Positions 48,631-57,955 are shown, counted from the stretch's first letter. The stretch is DNA of 64,000 nt from a virus (IMGVR_UViG_3300005573_000075:25781-89780); one strand, 5' to 3'. The notes: generated from the sequence alone by a model not told the origin. A program made the numbers and translations.

Positions 48631-48942
48631 ATGCAAATACGTGGCAATACACAAATAAAGACTAAAACAGTAACTTTAGATGAAATTGATAATTCCGTGT
48701 TTGAAAGTGGTCAGTTGTACATAGACAAAGAAGACCATACCTCCGAATGCAATGGTTCAAAAGTATCTTTTGTTTTAAATTACGAATGTGTCCCCGGGTC
48801 AGAGCATGTTTTCTTGAGAGGATTATTAAGGAAAAGTGGAGTTGATTATACATTAGAAATAGATAATAAAACTATAACATTTACACAAGCGCCTTATACC
48901 GGGGATGAGTTGGTGATTTCATACAGGAAAAAATTAAGTTGA
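48631..48942 (+). CDS. Small Ig-like (VFLxG module) protein
   Basis: HVFLRGLLRKSGVDYT..ITFTQAPYTGDELVISY; N-terminal NTQIK. Confidence 0.65.
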   Translation: MQIRGNTQIKTKTVTLDEIDNSVFESGQLYIDKEDHTSECNGSKVSFVLNYECVPGSEHVFLRGLLRKSGVDYTLEIDNKTITFTQAPYTGDELVISYRKKLS

Positions 48943-48968
48943 CATTTTGATTTTAAAAATGGTATAAT
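48939..48968 (+). promoter_or_regulatory. Sigma70-type promoter
   Basis: TTGACA-N18-TATAAT with an extended -10 TG; SD AGGAGG downstream. Confidence 0.7.
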
Positions 48969-48987
48969 TTTTTTAACAGGAGGAGAA

Positions 48988-49359
48988 ATGACGAAAGAAC
49001 AATTGACAGAAGAAATAAGTAAATTAAAGAAATTAGCGGAATCTGTGGTTAGTTTAAAGGAAATAAAAACATTAGATAAAGAAGCTATTTCTAATATAGC
49101 TTTAGTTATCAAATCTATCATAGCCGAAATTAATAATATCAAAGCTGAGTTCAAAGACACTACCGGTGAAGAAGCAAAGGCATTAGCTGTAGAAGTTTTG
49201 TTTGATTATATAGACCCTATTTTGAAGAATAAATTAGGTGGTGTAGGTAGATTCATATATAAAATACTTCCTGAAAAGAGCAAAAAAGCTTTGATAGGTA
49301 GTATAATTGATTTAATATATAATACAATAAAGCAGCAAATAATTAAAATAAAGAAGTAA
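48988..49359 (+). CDS. Helical hypothetical protein
   Basis: Own promoter and SD; the GEEAKALAV motif is faintly holin-like but no clear transmembrane segment is present. Confidence 0.6.
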   Translation: MTKEQLTEEISKLKKLAESVVSLKEIKTLDKEAISNIALVIKSIIAEINNIKAEFKDTTGEEAKALAVEVLFDYIDPILKNKLGGVGRFIYKILPEKSKKALIGSIIDLIYNTIKQQIIKIKK

Positions 49360-49365
49360 TTTAAT

Positions 49366-49575
49366 GGTACCTGCCGGGCCTCTGGCCGTAGGTAAATATC
49401 CGACCGATATTTACCTACCCCCATGCAGGCAGGTCAATTTTAAAATATACCCGCCACGCCTCTGCGAAAGCATGCGCAACCGGGCGGGTCTTTAAAACGG
49501 GAGGGTCAGCCCCCCAGGCGGCCTGGGCCGCCTGGACATGGCGTCGGAGCCCCAGGCTGACCTGTTCCCGTTCCC
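49366..49575. other. GC-rich, multi-stem structured intergenic element (ncRNA, origin or packaging signal candidate)
   Basis: Three nested inverted-repeat domains in an otherwise AT-rich genome (details in findings). Confidence 0.7.
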
Positions 49576-50494
49576 TTTTCCAAGAAAAATCATGTCTATT
49601 GATCGCATATACCAAAAAAATAATCCTGCCATTGAGCAAGAATCAATTCAAGATGTAACTATCGTTAAAGAAATATTAAAAGGGTATCCCAAAGAAGATC
49701 AGAGAAAATTTAGGGAGATATACGAAAAATTTAAAGATGAAGTAATAAAATGTATTAATGAAGGGTACATAGTCAAGATGTTGAAGATAGGTAGTATATT
49801 CCTGCGGTATAGGGAATTTATTAATTTATGGAGTTTTAAAGAGAAAAAAGTTATAAGAATAAGAAAAGTTAAATCGTATTGGAAAGCGAGTAGTAAATTT
49901 TTTAATTTCTATACATTCAAAGGGCCTAAGGTGGACCTTGAGAAAGTGAAGGATAGAATACTTAAAAAGAAAGAAAGAAGTGAAAATAAATATAATGAAA
50001 TGCATGCGCAGAAATTAGAACGATTAAAAAACGGGGATATGTCGGCATTAAAGTCTATAAAATATTTTAAATTACCTACAGATAAAAGTAGCAAACCAGA
50101 TCCTGAGTATAAACCAATACCAAAATTGACGTTACCATTAAGAATGAGTATCGCCCGCAGGCATGTTCGTCAAGCGATTATGCAAGCGATTTATAAGTAC
50201 AAAAAAAATATACGATTTATAGAATATTTAGAACAGCAAAATATAAAAATATCGGAGAATACTTTACGCAGAATTCAGGATATTTTTAATATTATGGATG
50301 AAGAGCAATTAAAAAAATTTGATGGGTATTCCATTAGACAGACGTATGCTTTTCAGTTTATGAAATTTAGGCGGCAGAAGATGTTAAAATTCATCAAGCA
50401 AAGTGAGATAATGAAGTACCTACCGGAAGTTGTGGCGGATAACCAATTTTTTAAGGATATAAGAAATAAGTACAAAATTAATTTTAATAAGTAG
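49538..50494 (+). CDS. Basic protein with a divergent HU/IHF-like N-terminal segment
   Basis: EVIKCINEGYIVKMLKIGSIFLRYR...KVKSYWKASSKF loosely follows the HU pattern; likely start is the ATG at 49592. Confidence 0.4.
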   Translation: MASEPQADLFPFPFPRKIMSIDRIYQKNNPAIEQESIQDVTIVKEILKGYPKEDQRKFREIYEKFKDEVIKCINEGYIVKMLKIGSIFLRYREFINLWSFKEKKVIRIRKVKSYWKASSKFFNFYTFKGPKVDLEKVKDRILKKKERSENKYNEMHAQKLERLKNGDMSALKSIKYFKLPTDKSSKPDPEYKPIPKLTLPLRMSIARRHVRQAIMQAIYKYKKNIRFIEYLEQQNIKISENTLRRIQDIFNIMDEEQLKKFDGYSIRQTYAFQFMKFRRQKMLKFIKQSEIMKYLPEVVADNQFFKDIRNKYKINFNK

Positions 50495-50523
50495 TTGACA
50501 AAGGTTTTATTTTTTGCTATTAT
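50495..50523 (+). promoter_or_regulatory. Sigma70-type promoter for the replication/recombination genes
   Basis: TTGACA-N17-TATTAT with an extended -10 TG. Confidence 0.7.
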
Positions 50524-50538
50524 ATTTAAAACTAGAGA

Positions 50539-51279
50539 ATGGGAGGAGAAATGAATAACCAAAACACAGTAACAATGGAAGCAACCATTATGGATGTTAA
50601 AGGTCCTATGAATTCGAAGAACAATAAATCTTTTATGTTATATAGTTCTTCAATTGGAGATATATACCAATTTAGTGGACCTAACTTATCCGTGGGGAAT
50701 ACATACACCTTGGAATTAACCAGAAGTAATAAAGGATATTATTTTAATAATATCATTGATATGAAAGCGGGGGGTATTGCCCCGAATTATAATGTTACGC
50801 CAAAAAATCCTTTAAATCTTAATTACGTAAGTGTGGGAAAGGATATGCAAATTCTAATGCAATCTACATTTAAAACGGTGGCGGATATGGTGATTGCCTT
50901 GAGTAAGGGCGCCACTATAACTGATTTGGAACAACTTGTAGATGTTGCATATGACATAACTATCAAAGTAGTTAATAAATTTATGGGGAATAATGATAAT
51001 TCTACTAGTAATACTGTTCCTAATACACCTCAATTACCTAGTACGACAACGCCATTTTTACCAAATACAAATGTATCAGGTATGCCTGTGTATCAGCCAA
51101 TCAATGAGCAAGTAGAGGATATACCTTTAGAGGGACCTGCAACAACGATTTATAATCCTACAACGAATGTACCAGGCGCACCATTTTCCAATATGCAAAA
51201 TGCGGCGATAGGTACCAATGAGGAGATACAAAAGAAGTTGCAGTCTTTAATAAATAGGCATATAACACCAACAAAATGA
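50539..51279 (+). CDS. Possible ssDNA-binding protein
   Basis: Beta-rich OB-like N-terminus, Pro/Asn-rich tail, next to the helicase. Confidence 0.35.
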   Translation: MGGEMNNQNTVTMEATIMDVKGPMNSKNNKSFMLYSSSIGDIYQFSGPNLSVGNTYTLELTRSNKGYYFNNIIDMKAGGIAPNYNVTPKNPLNLNYVSVGKDMQILMQSTFKTVADMVIALSKGATITDLEQLVDVAYDITIKVVNKFMGNNDNSTSNTVPNTPQLPSTTTPFLPNTNVSGMPVYQPINEQVEDIPLEGPATTIYNPTTNVPGAPFSNMQNAAIGTNEEIQKKLQSLINRHITPTK

Positions 51280-52817
51280 AATATAGCATTGTAATAGGGA
51301 ACTCCTATTCTCAGGTATACCCTTCATTATCTCCTGAGATATTCAATAAAATAGACCTAGCCCTATCATATGATAGTGATGGGGCTAGGTTCACTACTAT
51401 GTTTCAAAATGGCGGCTGGGATGGCAAAGTTCATTTATTTTATAAATCCCAAAAATTCCCTACAGGCTTATTAAATGATGTCATAAATATATTACGGGGA
51501 AGCCAAATAGAGTATGAATTAAAATACCCTACATTACCACCAACTTCGTTCCAGGATATTTCAGATTTGGAGAAATTACCTTACAAACCATGGCCTCACC
51601 AATTAGCGGCTATAAAACAAATAATGGGCTATAATCGAGGGCTAATCCAAATAGCGACTGGAGGTGGCAAGACGTATGTAATTGCGTTAACTTGTCGAAT
51701 GATAAATACCAAGACATTGGTATTAACTCAAAAACTCGAATTATTGTATCAATTGCGAGAGTATATAGAAAAATATACCGGCGTGAAGGTAGGTATATTT
51801 GGCGATGGGAAATATGAACCTGGAGATATAACAGTAGCGATGATCCAAAGTCTATTAGCTGCGTATGGGGATATGAAAAAGGAAAAGATAAAACAGGATA
51901 GCGATGATACCGATGACGCCAAATCTTTAAAATTATTAGAGAATAAAGAGAATAGAGATAAAATATTTAAAGATTTGATACTTACACCTAAAATGGTTAT
52001 AATTGATGAGTGTCATCATGTAGCTGCAAGAGGGGCCTACAAATTAATTCAGAAAATGAATTCCGCATTTTGGCGATATGGCTTTAGTGCAACTACATAC
52101 GGATACAGGGCAGACAATAGGGATTGTTTTATTCGGGCGGGGATAGCTGACGTGATATATACGGCTACACCTCATGACCTTATAAAACAAGGATTATTGA
52201 TACCTATAGAGATAATATTTGTGCATTATAATCATGGCAGATCTAAAGGGGCATCTAATTATAATTTATTTTATACTGATAAAGTTTCTACTAATCCAGA
52301 GCGGAATCTTTTAGCTATAAAAATAGCTAAAAAAATGGTAGAAAAAGGGTATCAAGTTTTAATTGCTGTCCAAAGAATTGCCCATGGCGATTTTTTGTTG
52401 GAGGGGTTAAAAAAAGTAATGGGTGAGGATAAAGTTATCTTTCTTAATGGATCAGAAGAATCTGATATGCGAAACAAATATTTGCATGATTTTAAAAATG
52501 GGTCCTTACCTATTTTAATATCTACTGTAATCAATGAAGGGGTAGATATTCCTTCATTAGCATGTATAATAAATGTTCGGGCGGAAGAAGCGAAGATATC
52601 CACAATTCAGTTAATTGGTCGGGCTATGCGCATACACCCAGGGAAGGCTATTAGTTATTATTTTGATATCTATGACTATAATATTAAATGGCTTACTTCT
52701 CATTCTAAAAAAAGAAAACAACATATACTTGAGGAAGGTTTTGCAATACAAGAAGTTCCTGCAGGTAATATAGAGGAATACGTAGAAAAAAATGTTAAGA
52801 TTAGAATTCTACGGTGA
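51276..52817 (+). CDS. Superfamily 2 DNA helicase (UvsW/XPB-like)
   Basis: ATGGGKT, DECHH, SAT, NEGVDIPSL, QLIGRAMR. Confidence 0.92.
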   Translation: MKYSIVIGNSYSQVYPSLSPEIFNKIDLALSYDSDGARFTTMFQNGGWDGKVHLFYKSQKFPTGLLNDVINILRGSQIEYELKYPTLPPTSFQDISDLEKLPYKPWPHQLAAIKQIMGYNRGLIQIATGGGKTYVIALTCRMINTKTLVLTQKLELLYQLREYIEKYTGVKVGIFGDGKYEPGDITVAMIQSLLAAYGDMKKEKIKQDSDDTDDAKSLKLLENKENRDKIFKDLILTPKMVIIDECHHVAARGAYKLIQKMNSAFWRYGFSATTYGYRADNRDCFIRAGIADVIYTATPHDLIKQGLLIPIEIIFVHYNHGRSKGASNYNLFYTDKVSTNPERNLLAIKIAKKMVEKGYQVLIAVQRIAHGDFLLEGLKKVMGEDKVIFLNGSEESDMRNKYLHDFKNGSLPILISTVINEGVDIPSLACIINVRAEEAKISTIQLIGRAMRIHPGKAISYYFDIYDYNIKWLTSHSKKRKQHILEEGFAIQEVPAGNIEEYVEKNVKIRILR

Positions 52818-53247
52818 GGGAGGTGGCATGATCGATAATGATTTAGAAATATTAGAGAATATAAAATCATGGAAGACTATAAATTGGTATAGATATATTA
52901 CTCGTTGGTTGCAAGATAAGAAAATAATGTATATCCCAAAAGATAGAATAATTGATTATAGACTAATAAATACTTTTTTAAAACATATAAAGTTAAAAGG
53001 GTATAATGAATTAAAAGCTTACCATGATATCCCAAAAGCTATTGCCTGCTTGAGAAATTCAGAAACGTTGCATGACCTTAAATTTTTGATGTTATATATA
53101 AGATCACAATATGGTAGTATAAAAAGGGAATATAAGTATAAGGATACATCTGAAAAAGTTCAGAGTATATATAACAGGAATATGAAAAAGATGCTAGAAA
53201 AAATGAAGGAGGGAAAAAATGATGAAAAAGCAAATGGATATATCTAA
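52792..53247 (+). CDS. Hypothetical protein
   Basis: SD GGAGGTGG precedes an internal ATG (MIDND). Confidence 0.6.
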   Translation: MLRLEFYGEGGGMIDNDLEILENIKSWKTINWYRYITRWLQDKKIMYIPKDRIIDYRLINTFLKHIKLKGYNELKAYHDIPKAIACLRNSETLHDLKFLMLYIRSQYGSIKREYKYKDTSEKVQSIYNRNMKKMLEKMKEGKNDEKANGYI

Positions 53248-53581
53248 AGTATTAATGGCTTTAGCTAATGATATTAATACTTTAGCAGTACAGCAGCAGG
53301 CGTTGATAGAGTTACTTATAGATAAGAAATCTTTTTCTGAAATTGAAATTCAGAAAAAGATTGGGGAGACGGTTGAAAAGATAAAGCAATCGTTAATGAA
53401 ACAGAATATTCTGACCCCGGATGGCAGAATTATTACGCCTAAACCGACAGTAGAGGAAAAGAAAGAGGAAGAGACTGCCAAGGTTGTCGAATCGGAAGAG
53501 ACTCCGGTTGAACCTCCTCCAGAGGAATTGAAAGAAATTCTTTCAATTCCTGAGGAAGAGATCAAAGAGGAAGACAAGTAA
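53219..53581 (+). CDS. Hypothetical protein, coiled coil with acidic tail
   Basis: Operonic overlap; SD present. Confidence 0.6.
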   Translation: MMKKQMDISKVLMALANDINTLAVQQQALIELLIDKKSFSEIEIQKKIGETVEKIKQSLMKQNILTPDGRIITPKPTVEEKKEEETAKVVESEETPVEPPPEELKEILSIPEEEIKEEDK

Positions 53582-54357
53582 TGAACATTAGTCCCAACTA
53601 TTCCGTAAAGTTCAAGCAGAAAGACTATAAGCATTTTTATGATATTTATAGTTTAGATGGTAAATTAATTAAGGAAGATTTACCATCTGTTACTAAAATA
53701 TTAGATTTTATAGGAGGTACAAAAGCCAAGAAATTACGGAAATGGGCGATTGAGCAAGCGGTTGAAGATTTTAAAAACAAAGTAATTGAGAAGATATCTA
53801 AAGATGGATATGCATCTGTTAAAGATATAGAGGCTATTGCCGCTAATGCTGGGACTACCCCAACTAATATTATGAAAACCGCTGGAGATGTAGGGACCAA
53901 GATTCACGAGTTAATTGACGCTTATATTATACATTCATTAAAAAATGAAATGTATTACCCTACACTTACGGTGGATACAGAAGTAGGATTCAACAATTTT
54001 TTAAAGATGTTAAAAAGGTATAATCTTACCTTTGTGTTGGCGGATACTGCAGTGGCCTCTAATAATTTCAATTATGGTGGTAGGTTGGATTCGCTAGCGT
54101 ATATAAATAATACGCTAGCGATCTGTGATTGGAAAACGTCGAATGGGATATATCCAACCTATGAATTACAAATAGCGGCGTATGCTATAGCCTGTCATGA
54201 AACATTAAATATATTGCCTACTGAAGGGTATATATTTAGGTTTGACAAAACCAATCGTGAATTTGAAGTTAAAGCGATAAATATGGAAAAAGCAATTGAA
54301 CTATGGCTATCATTGATTAAGTCTTACCAATTATATACCCAACTCTTTGGCGATTGA
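53581..54357 (+). CDS. PD-(D/E)XK exonuclease (Cas4/lambda-exonuclease-like)
   Basis: LPSVTKIL; YGGRLD...ICDWKTS...LQIAAY. Confidence 0.85.
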   Translation: MNISPNYSVKFKQKDYKHFYDIYSLDGKLIKEDLPSVTKILDFIGGTKAKKLRKWAIEQAVEDFKNKVIEKISKDGYASVKDIEAIAANAGTTPTNIMKTAGDVGTKIHELIDAYIIHSLKNEMYYPTLTVDTEVGFNNFLKMLKRYNLTFVLADTAVASNNFNYGGRLDSLAYINNTLAICDWKTSNGIYPTYELQIAAYAIACHETLNILPTEGYIFRFDKTNREFEVKAINMEKAIELWLSLIKSYQLYTQLFGD

Positions 54358-55785
54358 TTTTCGCAGTGATTTTAAATACTCCGCAAGTTCTTTACGATCT
54401 ATGTTGGTATTAGTTTTGAATGTATTATCAAAATCAAACAAACCAGTAGTAATCCAACTATAAATTTCTTGGAGTATTTCTTTCTTAAATGCAGATCTAT
54501 TAACAAAAAAGCGGGTTATTTCTTTTCTGTTATTTATAACTATGCGAGGCATTACTATAGGTATAGCCGCTTGAATCAACAAGCTTATATACTCGGAGAA
54601 GTATATTTTCAATTTAGTAACTTTTTCATGATCTGGATCTCGAAGCGAATCCTTAAATTTCAGCAATATACTTATTAATCTTCCGGCGTCTTCAGTTTTG
54701 AATGCGTCAGACTGGATATACGTCATTATCATCCCAGGCGGATTAACCGTAGTATCGCAAACGAAAAATATTTTTTCAATTAAACGGTTATCTTCTTCAG
54801 ACATTTTATACTCCGGGGTATGGGTTCCCGTGTATAGGATAGACGCGCTTCTCACATAGCCATTTAACATTGCCGATCCCTTTGTAGCTAATACTCTTCC
54901 TCTTGGCGATATATCGACAAAATCATTCCCAATTAAAAATACCTCATGATTTTTACGATAAGTATCTTCGTCAATACCTGCCTTAGCGGCTATAGTTGAT
55001 GGTGATTTAGGGCCGGTTTCCAATACCTTAAGAATTTTTAAATCCACTTCATTTAATCCAGTAAGTGGATCTATTTTATTTTTGGATAAATATTCACAAA
55101 GAATGCTTTCAGTTATTTGTGGAATATTATTAACTATTGAATAATTCTTAAGATCTTGGATAAATGTTCTTAACACCCTTGGCACTCCTCTTGCGACTAC
55201 GGCCAGCGTATTATAAGCCTTTGGAGTTATATCTAAATTAAATACAGTAGCCATCTTGTAAGCAATTTTTACAAGTTCGGGTATGGAGTATACCGGGAAG
55301 TTTAATTTATACACAAACCTATCGATTAATGGTTTTTCTATCTTAGACAACTCAGTTGTGGCGCCTATCACGCAGATAGGGGCTAACAAGAATTTGGTAG
55401 TGCTATCTAATAGCATAGAGTTATCTTCCATAATGGAATAGATTGCCTCAAGGATTTTCTTGTTTGTGCTATGGATCTCGTCTATAAATAGCACTGCGCC
55501 GGGTTCGGTTATCGGGATTAATATCTTAAGTTTATCCAAGCTATTCAAAGTAACACCTTCGAAAGTTATTAATGGGATATGGAATTCATTGGCAATAACT
55601 CTGGCCAGTGTTGTTTTCCCTGTCCCTGCCGGGCCATGTAATAGTATATGGCCCGGGATGGTGTTGTTCTTTTTGGAAGATATCATTATAGTATTTATCT
55701 TCTCATTTAATTCATAAGGCAAGACATAATTAGATAACGAATTTACGGAATAGGTATTGGTCATAACTCCTCCTAATTCATCCAT
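54331..55785 (-). CDS. ruvB: RuvB Holliday-junction branch-migration ATPase with a C-terminal extension
   Basis: HILLHGPAGTGKTT, LFIDEIH, IGATT, PLIDRF, ARGVPR and a winged-helix with GR; about 157 extra aa. Confidence 0.9.
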   Translation of the reverse strand: MDELGGVMTNTYSVNSLSNYVLPYELNEKINTIMISSKKNNTIPGHILLHGPAGTGKTTLARVIANEFHIPLITFEGVTLNSLDKLKILIPITEPGAVLFIDEIHSTNKKILEAIYSIMEDNSMLLDSTTKFLLAPICVIGATTELSKIEKPLIDRFVYKLNFPVYSIPELVKIAYKMATVFNLDITPKAYNTLAVVARGVPRVLRTFIQDLKNYSIVNNIPQITESILCEYLSKNKIDPLTGLNEVDLKILKVLETGPKSPSTIAAKAGIDEDTYRKNHEVFLIGNDFVDISPRGRVLATKGSAMLNGYVRSASILYTGTHTPEYKMSEEDNRLIEKIFFVCDTTVNPPGMIMTYIQSDAFKTEDAGRLISILLKFKDSLRDPDHEKVTKLKIYFSEYISLLIQAAIPIVMPRIVINNRKEITRFFVNRSAFKKEILQEIYSWITTGLFDFDNTFKTNTNIDRKELAEYLKSLRKSIAKELGI

Positions 55786-56258
55786 TTCCCGGTTAAAATA
55801 AATGGGAATCCAATAACCAGGATGACTATTAGCAAAGCCAATGCTATAACTACAAATTCAATCATCCCTAGCCACCCACTATCTACGAAGGTCCAATGTA
55901 TAATAGAATTTTCAGGGTTTTTGCTCTGGAGCTTCAAGGATATTAATGCCCTATGTTGGCAGCCTACAATTGCCATAGTTGAAATATACTGCCACCAGGC
56001 GGCAAGCAGGGTGAACATTACAACGGTAAGAATCCCACCTAAAGGCATACCTATTTTTATAAAGTAGCAGATCATCATTATCCCCGCGCCACCCATACAA
56101 GACAACATTAATCCAAAAAGCCCAAAGAAGAATAAGCCATAGATATGTATAGAGTTCCAGTCATTACTGAAAGACTGGGTAGAGAACATTGTCATTATTG
56201 GGGTTAGGTATGCCCCTGCGAGAAATGGGTATATTATATGGTCGAGTATGAATGTCAT
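55773..56258 (-). CDS. Multi-pass membrane protein
   Basis: Four or more hydrophobic segments. Confidence 0.65.
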   Translation of the reverse strand: MTFILDHIIYPFLAGAYLTPIMTMFSTQSFSNDWNSIHIYGLFFFGLFGLMLSCMGGAGIMMICYFIKIGMPLGGILTVVMFTLLAAWWQYISTMAIVGCQHRALISLKLQSKNPENSIIHWTFVDSGWLGMIEFVVIALALLIVILVIGFPFILTGKWMN

Positions 56259-57136
56259 AACATCTCCTTTCCTTTTTCGGAATATTCTTTCAGGAATGCG
56301 ACATAGCCATTCATTTTATCCATAACTTTCTGGGTTTCGATAGTAGCCCGTATTTGGGTGGACCATGTCGGTATGAGCCCGATAATTTTACTAATTATCG
56401 GGCCGGGGATATTCATAGGTGCTAATAATCTATATGCCTGCGCTATCAATATCCCGTTTAGATTATTTATATCTGTCCCTGTATTATTGTAGTATTTCAA
56501 TACGGAATTGAGATGGCTCATTAATTTATTTGACATTTCCGAATATTCGGCAGGCAAAGAATTCAAGTAAGAAGGCAGGGTCTCTATTATTACCGGTTTT
56601 ATCTCTGGTTGCGAGTAAGATAATGGCGCCTCTATTCTTGTGGTTCTGATGCTCGCTTCCACTTTTTCCCGCTCTCTTATCATTGAATCAAGCACAGGGA
56701 TATCAGAAAGATAAAGACCCTCTCGTATTAATTCGTAGGTGAATCTTGGCTTTATACTGTTTCTAACATCTTCTATGCTCTTTGCTTTCATATAGACTAT
56801 GTCTTTGTTAGGTTTGACTTTTAGCATTTTGTTTACAATACCACTAATCCATGCAAATACTACTCCTAATGCTAATGAGTTGAAGGTTATACCAAGGAGG
56901 AAGAAGAAGTAATCCAGAAAAAACGTACCATGGTCCCTTGACTTGTAACCCCAATCTCTAACTAGAGTAAACACGAATGTATCCATTCCCGGTTCACTCC
57001 AATACTTTCCTACAGTGATTACGACATATATACCTACAATAATATATAAGTATGTAACAATTCTCATAAACCTTGCAGGTTTATGAGAATTTAGGGGCAA
57101 AGATTTAGCAATAAAGGATGCAAGTAGACTAAGCAT
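56255..57136 (-). CDS. Membrane-anchored protein
   Basis: Two N-terminal hydrophobic helices and a soluble C-terminus; SD AGGAGG. Confidence 0.65.
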   Translation of the reverse strand: MLSLLASFIAKSLPLNSHKPARFMRIVTYLYIIVGIYVVITVGKYWSEPGMDTFVFTLVRDWGYKSRDHGTFFLDYFFFLLGITFNSLALGVVFAWISGIVNKMLKVKPNKDIVYMKAKSIEDVRNSIKPRFTYELIREGLYLSDIPVLDSMIREREKVEASIRTTRIEAPLSYSQPEIKPVIIETLPSYLNSLPAEYSEMSNKLMSHLNSVLKYYNNTGTDINNLNGILIAQAYRLLAPMNIPGPIISKIIGLIPTWSTQIRATIETQKVMDKMNGYVAFLKEYSEKGKEML

Positions 57137-57179
57137 AACACCTCCTTTTTGTGTGATTTTTTTGATTAATAAGGTAGTT

Positions 57180-57287
57180 TTAACGACAAGAATGCAGAAG
57201 GAAGAATATATTTAACAAGATCGATAGAAGTAGACAGACAGCCAGAAAAGCGCTTAAAAGTTTTAATTTAAGTATTTTAAAAGACAT
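57180..57287 (-). CDS. 35-aa hydrophobic peptide (not in the ORF track)
   Basis: SD AGGAGG; MSFKILKLKLLSAFLAVCLLLSILLNIFFLLHSCR. Confidence 0.6.
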   Translation of the reverse strand: MSFKILKLKLLSAFLAVCLLLSILLNIFFLLHSCR

Positions 57288-57296
57288 GATATCCTC

Positions 57297-57509
57297 CTAT
57301 TCCAATTCGGAATCCCAATGGCGATTGCATTTCCTGCAGCAATAAAATTTAGTTCGCAATTGGATTATATCATCATTTTTGGCCCCACAGTTAGGGCATT
57401 GAGTTTTGTTGATCCTTGCGTGGCTAAAGTTTGCTTTTCCTTTAATTAACATTCTCGGTATCCCCCGAGTAGGGATATGTTTTATTTTCATACTACCTCC
57501 TATTTGCAA
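57297..57509 (-). CDS. Small zinc-ribbon protein
   Basis: CPNC...CCRKC; probable true start MKIKH after SD AGGAGG. Confidence 0.65.
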   Translation of the reverse strand: MQIGGSMKIKHIPTRGIPRMLIKGKANFSHARINKTQCPNCGAKNDDIIQLRTKFYCCRKCNRHWDSELE

Positions 57510-57664
57510 TTTTTCAGTATAGATAGAGAGAGTTTATCTTCATATCTTTGAAATTCTAAATAGAGCATATCATGAGCCAAATTAAACATTTCAAAATAGT
57601 TTTTTTCTTTTTTGGCTTTTTTGTATTTTTTGCGAAGTAATTTTTTTAATTCATTTGTTTTCAT
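57500..57664 (-). CDS. 54-aa basic protein (not in the ORF track)
   Basis: SD AAAGGAGG; MKTNELKKLLRKKYKKAKKEKNYFEMFNLAHDML... Confidence 0.6.
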   Translation of the reverse strand: MKTNELKKLLRKKYKKAKKEKNYFEMFNLAHDMLYLEFQRYEDKLSLSILKNCK

Positions 57665-57679
57665 TTTTTCCTCCTTTAT

Positions 57680-57720
57680 AAATTAAACTTCTTTCTAAAA
57701 CCCACGGCTTTAGCCGTGGG
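57680..57720 (+). mobile_element. Isolated IS200/IS605 left-end remnant
   Basis: TTAT then AAATTAAACTTCTTTCTAAAACCCACGGCTTTAGCCGTGGG, nearly identical to the left ends at 395 and 61572 but with the right-end-type loop. Confidence 0.8.
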
Positions 57721-57931
57721 CAGATTTAAGTCTTTCATATTCAGGTAAGCAGCATTTTTTAAATTTCTTACCACTCCCGCACCAGCAAGGATCATTTCTA
57801 CCCGGCACCCAATGGAGTATTTCATTGGCTTGTTTCAGAAGCAAGTTAATATCTTCATCTGAAATTTGGTCATCTATAGTATTTAAAATGTCCTCGTCCC
57901 AATTATCTTTTATAAAATCATTTTCTTCCAT
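57710..57931 (-). CDS. SEC-C zinc-binding motif protein
   Basis: [18 protein letters not shown]. Confidence 0.88.
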   Translation of the reverse strand: MEENDFIKDNWDEDILNTIDDQISDEDINLLLKQANEILHWVPGRNDPCWCGSGKKFKKCCLPEYERLKSAHG

Positions 57932-57955
57932 GTTATTCCTCTATTATCTGTAGCT

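Noticed and set aside
53581-54357. CRISPR adaptation Cas4
   Set aside because: No Fe-S cysteine cluster and no cas context; it fits a phage recombination exonuclease.
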